In this document: one piece after another, positions 55,341 to 64,000 of the stretch | Layout of the letters: each line of letters starts with the position of its first letter | Position numbering within the stretch: the first letter of the stretch is position 1 | Source: Schmidtea polychroa | Taxonomy: Eukaryota | Assembly: GCA_044892525.1 (NCBI GenBank) | Contig: CM097888.1 | Span: forward strand, 5,022,001-5,086,000 | DNA: 64,000 nucleotides | Direction: 5' to 3' | The notes under the pieces: model-generated | What the model saw: the letters and a program-made list of their open reading frames with translations, nothing else | Databases searched by the model: none | What the model was told of the DNA's origin: nothing | Made by a program: the position numbers and the translations under genes

Positions 55341-56283
55341 TTTATTATATTGTTAGATAAATTGTTCAAATATAAAATAGAATTTTTGAGGTTCACATAT
55401 TTTCTGACATATTTATTTTATGTAATTTATGAGAATAGTTATAATTTATAAAGTTACTGTATAATNNNNNNNNNNNNNNNNNNNNNNNNNNNNNNNNNNN
55501 NNNNNNNNNNNNNNNNNNNNNNNNNNNNNNNNNNNNNNNNNNNNNNNNNNNNNNNNNNNNNNNNNNNNNNNNNNNNNNNNNNNNNNNNNNNNNNNNNNNN
55601 NNNNNNNNNNNNNNNNNNNNNNNNNNNNNNNNNNNNNNNNNNNNNNNNNNNNNNNNNNNNNNNNNNNNNNNNNNNNNNNNNNNNNNNNNNNNNNNNNNNN
55701 NNNNNNNNNNNNNNNNNATGAATTTTCGGATTATTCGTTTCATTTTCAGAAAATTTGCTTTAGAATTCTTGATGCGCAGCGATTAGAAATAACAAATCAT
55801 TTAAAATTTCTATTCGAAAGTGAACGAGCGTACTTCTCGCAGGACGCATTTGTGAAGGAATATGGTTTATTAATAATATCTAGTTATATATTAATTTATT
55901 ATCAAAATACCTTCTAGCTGTAAGTATGGTCGTAAATGGGAATATTTTATATAAAAATGGTAAAATATTACAGAAATGCTTGAAAGATTATTTGACTGTG
56001 AGTTTTATCATTATGATTTCATTCCATTATATATATAAACCAAATTCAGAATATAATTCGCAGATTGGCAGATGTAGTTCCTAACTTCATCAGGCTCAGT
56101 TTGTTCGTCAATTTCAGCAAAGGCCTTTCTGATGCGCTGCAAGATGATATTCTATGCTCACCAAACACGCCGCAAGCATATTTCAGCGTAACTGAAGCGG
56201 AGAAAAATGAATTCATTCGTCTTGTAGAGGTGAAAAAGAGATTAAAGGAATATTCCGATCGGTTAAATAATTATAATTATTAA
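29171..56283 (+). CDS. Mx: Mx-like dynamin-family large GTPase, 10 exons, 622 codons, one in-frame TGA (possible pseudogene or null allele)
   Basis: Exons 29171-29477, 32211-32498, 32894-33092, 39594-39663, 42275-42394, 42434-42629, 43169-43428, 55750-55864, 55918-55997, 56050-56283. All introns are GT-AG and phase-matched (1869 nt). G1 GDQSSGKSS, LPRG, DLPG, TKLD, middle domain and GED are present; no PH or PRD. Confidence 0.85.
30055..30780 (-). mobile_element. Penelope-like element fragment (RT-thumb linker plus GIY-YIG), antisense in Mx intron 1
   Basis: CITRNVCKEIYIGSTFRALHQR; LNLLDL..KIE..GFYRKPA at about 30700-30770; homologous to 57585-58376. Confidence 0.8.
32211..32498 (+). CDS. 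Mx: Mx-like exon 2 (G3 DLPG)
   Basis: TTTAG acceptor; LTIIDLPGL...IICVLPANQDI...RIIG; donor GTAATA. Confidence 0.9.
32552..32805. mobile_element. hAT-type MITE in Mx intron 2
   Basis: TIR CATGGGTATTCAACT vs reverse complement CAGGGATATTCAACT; GGCCCGCGGGCC subterminal motif; TSD ATATAGAT/ATATAGGG (6/8). Confidence 0.7.
32894..33092 (+). CDS. Mx: Mx-like exon 3 (G4 TKLD)
   Basis: CAG acceptor; GVLTKLD...KGYYGLV; donor GTAAGA. Confidence 0.9.
34129..36162 (-). mobile_element. Internally deleted hAT element with 8-bp TSD, carrying transposase N-terminus (TTF/ZMYM-type Zn finger, DUF4371-like)
   Basis: TSD TCAATTGA/CCAATTGA (7/8). ORF 34491-35405 has WLVYSPSKGRVFCFVCKLF, HENSENH, GLPFRG and NGNFCGLL. 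Subterminal sequences are shared with 26679-28535. Confidence 0.8.
36690..36974 (+). mobile_element. Possible piggyBac right end
   Basis: Ends ...CCTGAAGGG|TTAA; a cysteine-containing remnant (VFCVNGSLCLFYNVY) lies upstream; the left part is lost in or before the N-run. Confidence 0.45.
37170..37292. repeat. 59-bp tandem duplication
   Basis: CATGTTGTG...CACTTATTAATTAT repeats at 37172 and 37231. Confidence 0.85.
38210..39383. mobile_element. Non-autonomous hAT element with 8-bp TSD in Mx intron 3
   Basis: TIRs CAGGGACGTAACAAGG vs reverse complement CAGGCTCGTAACAAGG; TSD GTTCCAAT/GTTCAAAT (7/8). Confidence 0.8.
39594..39663 (+). CDS. Mx: Mx-like exon 4
   Basis: TTTTATAG acceptor; DAMRFGLSNFTEALVKELVSLIN matches the post-GTPase helix (G..L...L..EL..HI); donor GTAAGG; phases 2 to 0 fit. 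Confidence 0.8.
39951..40226. mobile_element. Probable hAT-type MITE
   Basis: CAGGCTTGGATTTA vs reverse complement CAGAGCCGGATTTA; GCCTAGGGC subterminal motif; TSD not matched. Confidence 0.4.
40723..40950. repeat. Degenerate ~31-bp minisatellite
   Basis: About 7 copies of an AAGTAAATTAAGGTTCAAAATTTTGAATT-like unit. Confidence 0.75.
42275..42629 (+). CDS. Mx: Mx-like exons 5-6 (39-nt intron 42395-42433; in-frame TGA 42479-42481)
   Basis: KTFPILKKNLENLNQRTNMKLETY resembles Mx KSLPLLENQI; then TISKIGKITKNLLVK*KHE...LWHEIFKNL; donor GT at 42630. Confidence 0.75.
42764..42937. repeat. Fold-back (head-to-head) copy of the Penelope-like tail in Mx intron 6
   Basis: Arms 42810-42869 / 42878-42937 around the 8-nt loop AGGAGATT; sequence matches 58850-58960 and 19500-19610. 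Confidence 0.85.
43169..43428 (+). CDS. Mx: Mx-like exon 7 (middle/stalk domain)
   Basis: RTRTENTSIFISSKPFKKIVDEMLEELKKKSDKCVETC resembles Mx [28 protein letters not shown]; donor GTGCGC. Not in the ORF track. Confidence 0.85.
45353..46398 (+). pseudogene. gag: gag of Ty3/gypsy copy 1, four CCHC knuckles, 1-nt frameshift near 46015
   Basis: CWLCHKIGHTK/IDC, CWTCHRSGHISRNC, CFVCGKEGHIRRLC, CERCSRNGHRSEEC. Confidence 0.85.
46407..49466 (+). pseudogene. pol: pol of Ty3/gypsy copy 1 (PR-RT-RH-IN), disrupted
   Basis: In-frame TAA at 46947 and TGA at 47943; frameshifts near 48675 and 49170-49200. Confidence 0.9.
50697..51742 (+). pseudogene. gag: gag of Ty3/gypsy copy 2
   Basis: Identical to 45353-46398. 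Confidence 0.85.
51751..54810 (+). pseudogene. pol: pol of Ty3/gypsy copy 2
   Basis: Identical to 46407-49466. Confidence 0.9.
55750..56283 (+). CDS. Mx: Mx-like exons 8-10 (stalk end, loop L4 region, GED); introns of 53 and 52 nt
   Basis: KICFRILDAQRLEITNHLKFLFESERAYFSQD; KDYLT|NIIRRLADVVPNFIRL...KRLKEYSDRLNNYNY* is GED-like. Confidence 0.85.
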
Positions 56284-57584
56284 TTTGTCTGGCATATTAC
56301 TGCTGTGCCTACAATTAGCGAGCCTTCAATTTTGTTATTGAGGATCTTGGTTCGTTACTCCACTAATAATTGCTTTATCAACATTGAGAATTCTTTTGAT
56401 ATATTTCATATAAACTTTATTATTTAATATTTGTATATAAATTTTATATAATAAATTAATAATTATTACCAGTCTCCGCCACATCAACAGAATCACAACC
56501 AGACATTCCCAAATATGGATACTCAGGATTTTCGGATCGTTCCAAATTTCCCACAGTATTAGTAAAGTATTAGTAGTAATTTATTAAAGATCACCAACCG
56601 ATGACAGAGTCGTTGCATTATAACACCTTTGAGACACAAAATGAAGAGATAAAGAAATATCAGTTCAGCCTTTCAATTCAGGTTCTGCTACACTCCAACT
56701 GATTAAATCAAATTCAAATGAATTCCGAATCAATGTTTTATTCACATCAACTATCATTTTCTTGACTCCAAGTGTATAAGCCAACAATGCATGCTCTCGA
56801 GTTTGACCGTTTCAAAATACTGTCTTCAGATTCACCAAAAATCATCAGAACTTTTCTTTTCGATAAAGTGCTTTTGCATTCACACATGATTGCAGATGAT
56901 CCCCAGTTTAATTTCAAATCACAATGAGCCATATTCAAATATAATTTCATAACATTACACCATCGAATATTCTCCTCGTCATCAGTCTCTAACGCATAGC
57001 TTATAATATATCCAATCCTCATAAATATTCATTGAGCCCAATTCCATAACGTTTGTTTCTAACAAAAGCATTGGCATCATTTTGACATTGAACAACTAAT
57101 TTAATAATTTCATAGAAAGGCAATTCGAATCTGTTCATTATCAAATTTAAAAATAAAAACATGTTGACATTTTCCAAATATTAAAACAAAAACACAATCA
57201 ATCAATTTCGATAATCCAAAATAATTTCACCCATTTTCCAGCATAAAATCACACATACAAGAATAATCATTTTAACAACAACGTACACACAGGCGCGAGT
57301 TCAAAATCGGCCGAAACAATATTTCTCTTTTTAAATGTACCCATTCACACAAATTCTAATACAAATCGTCATGTCTTAGTTTCGTAACACCTTTCATCTC
57401 TTTGATTCTAAGCTTTAGTTTAAAATTGAGACTCAATTTTGAGTGATAACTCCTGTTTCTCTGTTGATGAAATTATATTTATACCAAACTATCCAATTCT
57501 CATAACCTGGATTTATTCTCAAGGTACTATATGCTTTCCATTTATCTCAGTAGATTTTAGTATCAGGAATAAAATTTTAATAAT

Positions 57585-58968
57585 CGAAATCGAATATCCG
57601 GAAGAAGGGGGATCCCTCAATTTATTGGATTTGAGAATTAAAATAGAAGCAAATACTCAAACATGCGGGTTCTACAGAAAACCAGCTCGCAAAGAAATAT
57701 TTATGCACCAAAGATCAGCGCTTCCATACTTACAGAAAGTACATGTCATAAGAAACGAGAAACGAAGAATAGCCAATCAATGCACGGAAAAAAACGAAAA
57801 CTTTAAAGAACAATCAAATTTCAATAAAATCTTACACAGAAACGGATACCAAGGTGAGGACATTGAAAGAATGAATTCTACCCCAAAAAGATCTAGGGAA
57901 TTAACACAAAAGAATCAGAAATATTTCTAACTGAATATCAGTGACATGCTCGACTTCAAGATCCTGAAAGAACTTAAACGTACCGGTCTTCCAATTGGGA
58001 TAGCACATAAATCTTTAACACTGAGAAGGGCTCTGGCAGGCAACATAAATAGAGAAAACAATTGCACAATGAAAAATCTGCCAGACACTGAAAGATATGT
58101 GCTTTAGAAAAAACATCGTCTATTGCATCACGTGCAATGTATGCAATGAAATCTACATTGGAAGTACACTTGGACCAAAGAGTTAAAGAACACCTGGATC
58201 CTGGTGGAACATCCTCGTTGGGCAGACATCTCCGACAGTGTCAGCCAACAGAGGAAAGAAAAAATATTTCAATAGAAATCATAGCTAATGGAAACATCCA
58301 AAAGAAAAATGTCAGAATCAAAGAAGCAGTTTTCATCATAAACAGACAGCCAAAGAAAAAATCAATGAAATCATGAATTTGATCTGTTGTCATTGACCGT
58401 GAGAATAACTGACAATATAAAAAGAAATTTAAAAAATATATAATAAATTAAAAAGTAATAATTAAAATAATATAGAAATTTTAGGAAATATACTTTCCAA
58501 AGATAGGATTTAAAAATCGAAATTGAGACATTTATTGAAATATTTAAATAGCGTATATAAATAGTTGTTGGAGGCTTTATTTTAAAATATTTTGAAATAT
58601 TTTATTAGGCTTCTAGAAGCTAATTATAGAAGCTTTATAAAAAAAATTAAAAGTTTTTAGTTTGTCATTTTGAAATTTTAAATGGTATTTATTTTATTTT
58701 TAATTTTAATTTTCAATAAAATTTTAAAAATTTTTAGTAAATAAAAAAATAAACAAAAGTATATATTATATTTAGAACCAATGAGAATTAAGAGAAAGGA
58801 AATAAAAGAAAGATTGAAAGGTATTTTCGGGAAGGAGATTGCTAAATTCCAGGAGATTGACAAGGACTATCTTATAGTTGAAATTTTTTCATTAAATACA
58901 TTATTTGCAGCAAAAGGCTTAAATTATCATTTTATTGTTTTAAATAATAAATGCTGCTATCAATATCA
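57585..58968 (+). mobile_element. Penelope-like element 3' part (RT thumb/linker, GIY-YIG, AT-rich tail)
   Basis: EEGGSLNLLDLRI...FYRKP...ILHRNGY; VYCITCNVCNEIYIGST; RVKEHL; RIKEAVFI. Confidence 0.85.
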
Positions 58969-59370
58969 CAATATTTGTCAACATGTACTGTTTTTAATAA
59001 CGACTGAAAAAAATGGTTCGTACATCAAGGCAAAAAGAATGGATAAATGTTATGCCCCAAATTATATATTGTTATAATCCTTCCTCACACTAAGTTCTGA
59101 AAGAATTAACACCAGTGGTTATTTCATCAAAAAGTTAAAATTAAATTATGGGTTTCAAAAAAGGTTAAAAAAATTAAAAAACCTAAATATAAAGTTGGTG
59201 ATCACCACTCATTAAATATTTCGATAAAAATTGGAGAAATGAAACTTAGAATTTCAAATATCAACATTAAGCAGATTCATGTCATGTTTTATTAAAGACT
59301 TTGACAAAGTATCTGAACATTTTCTTAACAAGAATTCCTCACCAAAAGTATTTAGAATTTTAAAAATATT

Positions 59371-62300
59371 GAAAACGAAGAAAGTAAATAAGGATAAATA
59401 ATATTACGTCAAATGACACTGATATCAAAACCTTACATTGATACAAGCAAAATATATAGTAAAGTGAATTTCTATACTACTTCACCTAATAATAGAACAC
59501 TGGTAAAAAAGAAACCAAAGAACAAACTCTAATTAATTACAAAAAACTCGATGGGCACTTAAACTACCATAATTCCAACTATACTTTATTATTATTATTA
59601 TAGCTTCATTGAAAATATATATGTACAAATATTTATTATTTATGTTTTCAATAGGCTCATTATATCCTCGATAGAGTGTATTAAGAATCGGCTCTAAATC
59701 ATGACCTCATAAAATGACATGGGAATATTACTGTCACAAGTTCAATAGAATCGAATATTCCATTTGCCCTAAGTGCAAGACAGCCAATCGTAGTAATTTT
59801 AAAGAATTTTATAAGGGGGATTGAAATTAAGCATCAATCATATTCAGATTGTTATAACTTAATGGATATATTTTCCGTTCCATAATCTAGATTTGGGAGG
59901 CGTTTAAAATATATAAAAATCCCCTTGTGAAAAACGATAACAAGTGGTTATGGGAAGGGGAAACGCCAATCTTGCATTTGGGCATTATTTAAGAAATGAT
60001 AACTCCGATGACAATGCCAATAGCATGATAAATCAAGAGCTAGTTTGAACGGATCAAAATCGTCTTGATGCAATTTCTACAAAACCTGTTTAACTCTGTG
60101 ATTTGATAATGACTATTTTATTGAATATGATTGAATAAATATAAATTAAAAATTTATCTTAATTAATTTTAATTGAAATAATAAAAATTTTAATTTTCAA
60201 ACTAACACTCCAGCTCCCCTCACCTATCATTTTGTAGGGAATCTCGCGGACATTCCGGAAATATATAGATTTTTATATCCAGAAAAAATTTTTTTATTGA
60301 AAGATTTTTATAGGCTTTTCAACCATGTATATATTTTTGTTGTAGATTGAATACAAGGGTTTTTACCGAGAATTTAAATTTTAAAAAATCTTTTAAATGT
60401 GACCCAAGATAATGGTTTTCAAGATTGATAGTTTGAAATTTAAATTTTAAAAAGTAAAGTTCATAGAAATTTGTTCTAAATATATAAAATAATTCAGAAT
60501 AATTCAGAAATTTAGGAAACTTGAACTGTGTGAAGGGTTAGGGTTGATAATAACGTTCTTAGTAAGAAAATAGTAAAATCCTTTGAGAACCCTTCATAAT
60601 AAACTTGTGATGACCCTTGCATTTCCCCCTTGATAATCATCGATAAAGGTCAGACACAGACAATAAGTCCTTTAAATTATCCATAAAATGACATTTCCTT
60701 TCAACAAATATACGCTATCAAAGTGATACAAATCACCAACACGAATCCCTCGCTTGATGGAAATTCTTTTTATGGAAGGTCGCTATAACGTAATTTATTA
60801 ATAATTATGAACATTATTTGGACTTACGAACGACTTTTCGTGAACTAATTTAACAAAATTATATCGTATATACATAGGGCCGATGAAGGCTTTGTGAGTG
60901 AGAAATGTAAAAGAAATGAAATAACCAACAATATGGGATAATATTGGGCCATATTCATAGTGATCATTATCTAGGTAAATATAAATTATTCAATGCATCC
61001 TTTCCAATCCAGTCGGCATTTACTTATTTATCATTCCAAACATGGTGACAACCCTTCATCATTCTCCAACGATATTGATTAATTAATTACTTATTTAATT
61101 ACTTAATCATATTACATTGGTCATATTAAAACAAATGAGAAATTTTATTCAAAATTTCATTAAAACATCATTTGTTTCTTTCATCTTTCATTTGGAGAGT
61201 CTTCCGGTGCCAGCGAGCTTCTCGCTTCTTCTTCGGTTATACTTTTACTGTTACCCTTCATTTTCAACAAAGCTGACTCAGCTTCCCCTGAAAACGTAAG
61301 GATTACGCCAGCAATCAGAAGTAATAGAAAAACAAATTTCATTTTCTTAGAAGTTGAAATGAATTTTCCTGTGATTTCCATCCAATTTATAGGGTAAGCC
61401 ATTTGTACTTCTAGCGCATTGCATGATTGCAACATCTGGACTGCTGTCAATATATCTTTTATTCACAACTTTCTCATTTCCCTTTAATAATTAATCATGA
61501 GATTTGAACACCTTTCATAATTAAAATGCTTTAAAATAATTAAAAATATTTTAATTACTCACGCAAATATCCAAATTTTTATAAATCTTTCACAGAGCTC
61601 GTAGAAATTGCTAAATATCCAACAAAACGAGTCGATAGGATATAAAAGGGAAAGACGTAACAAATGAGCGCAAGTAACGCAATTTATGCAATATCAAGGT
61701 ATATATATATATAACAGTATTTGGATAAATTGGGTTAGTTGCAATTTGTATAAAAGGTCCATCATGACCAGTAAGTGATCCGCTCAAAGTCATTTGTTCC
61801 ATCGTATTTTTAATTTTAAATTTCAAATCGTTCCAAAAAAACCGTGTTTTAAAACAACCAGAACACCAAAACGAAAGCAATTTTTGATGATAACGCGCCA
61901 GTTAGAGGGAGAAGTCATTCCCCCCTCTGACTGGTCGAAACACGTTATTATGTAATCAGTAATGAAATTACATAACATCAATATCTTGTTTTAACGAACT
62001 GTTAGCCATTTTTTTCTTTTAATGAAGTGGTCGCCATTTATTTTTTTTGATGAGGTAATGAAAGTTAACAAGAGCTGTAATAAGAGAATCGAGGAAAATA
62101 TTTGATCGAGTGAAAGTTACAAGAGTTGTTGTGAATTTCAAATGGTCAGTTGGATATATCTGTGATATAAGAGTCGGGAAAATTGAACGAGAGTTGACGA
62201 AAACTGTGATGTGAGAGTTATGAAATCTCAATGGTCGAGTGAGAGGGGATAAGGGCTGTCAGATTCGGGCAATTTACGTGAGCAGTTGGCTACAGTTTTT

Positions 62301-63700
62301 ATATAAGAGTCGGGAAATGTGAGTGGTCGAAAAAATGACAAATAAAAAGAAAACTTTAGAAAGATAACATGCACAATTTTAACTATTGGTATCTAGTAAT
62401 CCGTATGTGAAAGTTCAGCGGGAAATAGTTTTGACAATAAAGCTCACTGTTTTTCAGCCACATTATACAGTTCCAACATGGTTGTCAAGGCCACCAACCA
62501 TGGGTATAATGCTGATTAGATGAGTTAAATAACTTGGGATTTAAGAAGATAAAATAATATTTAGTTCTATTACCGAAAAACAAATAATCTGGAACACCAA
62601 AACTAAAGTGACCAGGCGTCCCGGATTATGCAGGACTTTCCTGGATTTAAATCGTATGTCCAGCATTGAAATATGTCCCGGAAAGTGTTCCGTATTGCAC
62701 ATCTTATCTTATTATTGCTATCTATTGGTCATGTAAATTTTCCAATTAAATAACACTGCCTTGGTTTAACTAGTAACAATTATTTAAATTCAAATGTTTC
62801 AAATCAAGTGTGCCTGATGCAATATTTTGAAAGAAATCTTGTGAATAAAATTGACTTGATTCTTCAAAGAGGCAAAGTTTACAAGGTTAGTTGAATTTGA
62901 GTTTTAATAAATTTACATGACTCTAAACCTGTTGGATTCCTGGCAACCATTAGAAAGTTTAGAAATTGAAGATAAAAATTTTGAATTTTCTTAAATAAAT
63001 ATTTGATTAAATGTAAAAATTAAAACTGCACACTACGTACAAAGGATTTAATACATAAACTGCTACTAAAATCAGGTTGATAATGCTTTATTTAAATCTG
63101 ACTACTGTGTCCATTTGTTTTAATTATTGAATCATTGGGTTGGTGACAATGTTTGTAAATTCAACCTTTTACTCTGACTCCAAAGCGTGTTTATTAATTC
63201 ACAAATTAACACTCTCGAACACGTAAAGCTTTATTAATATTGACACTGGATCGTACAAATTCTAATTACAACCAATTAACGATAAACCAATTTATCACAC
63301 AGAGCTTATTTCAACACTACGTAAAGAATAGCCATTTCTGTAACCACAACAATAATCACTAGTCGTCAACCACTAAATTACAGTGTACGTTGATCGATTT
63401 TTCTATTTGCTTTGACCACAAATTTATTAACTCCACATCAACTTTATATTCAATTTTACAAAAGATTCTCGTCACTTCTCGTTTCACTCTGTTCTGAACT
63501 CTGTTTAATTCTCCCTTTAATTGCTCCTTTATATTCTCCCTTTAATTCTCTTGTTAACTCTCTAACTTTAACACTCCTTTTAACTCTCGTTTTCAACTTC
63601 TAAAAACGATGAAAGTAAATAAGAATAAATAATATTACGTCAAATGACAATGATATCATAACCTCACATTCATACCAGCAAAACATATAGTAAAGTAAAT
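59371..63700 (+). repeat. ~97-bp dispersed direct repeat (59371-59468 and 63602-63700)
   Basis: AAAACGA.GAAAGTAAATAAG.ATAAATAATATTACGTCAAATGACA.TGATATCA...ATATAGTAAAGT occurs in both. Confidence 0.8.
61181..61342 (-). CDS. Candidate small secreted peptide (53 aa) or first exon of one
   Basis: MKFVFLLLLIAGVILTFSG-EAESA... has a signal-peptide-like N-terminus and an acidic tail; an acceptor-like TTCTAAG lies 3 nt before the ATG. Confidence 0.4.
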   Translation of the reverse strand: MKFVFLLLLIAGVILTFSGEAESALLKMKGNSKSITEEEARSSLAPEDSPNER

Positions 63701-64000
63701 AGAATAATTTTTTTCTGATTTCTCGGTCAATAGTTCCGCTTATATTGCCAGTTTCATTTGTGGCACTAGCGACAGTTTTTGTTTTCCATTTTCATTTCCT
63801 CTGTATTCCTCGCTACATTAGCCTTATCGTTGACAGATATAGAAATATGTCCTGTTTTCCATTTGCATGTTGTACCGACTTTTTCTGCCATTTCGCTATC
63901 TTTGACAGGCTGTAAGATACGGCTTTCCCCATATTTTTGTTTTTCTGCAATCTGAAATTCCTTCTTCGTTTGTACTTTTCAAATAACAAAGACATTTGTT

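Larger units (their letters stand above)
44378..55465 (+). repeat. Three copies of a ~770-bp intronic spacer X (44378-, 49697-, 55041-) interleaved with the two Ty3 copies
   Basis: ACATGATTTACTTTCG...GTTACTGT(T/A)TAAT occurs three times. Confidence 0.9.

Noticed and set aside
20954-55743. ORFs dominated by X
   Set aside because: Artefacts of the N-runs.
56747-57022. BED-finger or host gene on the minus strand
   Set aside because: Cys/Trp spacing is not convincing and neighbouring frames are stop-ridden.
59150-59200. Maverick/Polinton integrase (KPKYKVGD)
   Set aside because: An eight-residue resemblance only; no DDE core nearby.

Overview
AT-rich eukaryotic (probably invertebrate-type) genomic DNA with GT-AG introns and ten N-runs; the organism cannot be named from the sequence. 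The single recognisable host gene is an Mx-like dynamin-family GTPase that can be assembled by hand from 10 phase-compatible exons over 27 kb (29171-56283, 622 codons). It has one in-frame TGA at codon 344, three tiny introns (39-53 nt) and several introns swollen by transposons. Its 12.3-kb intron 7 holds two apparently identical compact Ty3/gypsy elements in an X-E-X-E-X arrangement whose middle spacer is a hybrid of the outer two, which points to unequal crossover or an assembly loop. The rest is a transposon graveyard: an R2/NeSL-like RT fragment preceded by a GC-rich structured island and a hierarchical 7/14/109-bp satellite, Penelope-like GIY-YIG remnants (one tail folded back on itself), Tc1/IS630, pogo/Tc2, hAT and piggyBac remnants, MITEs, small hairpin elements, and a candidate small secreted-peptide ORF near 61.3 kb. 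All assignments are by eye from motifs and splice phases; no searches were run.
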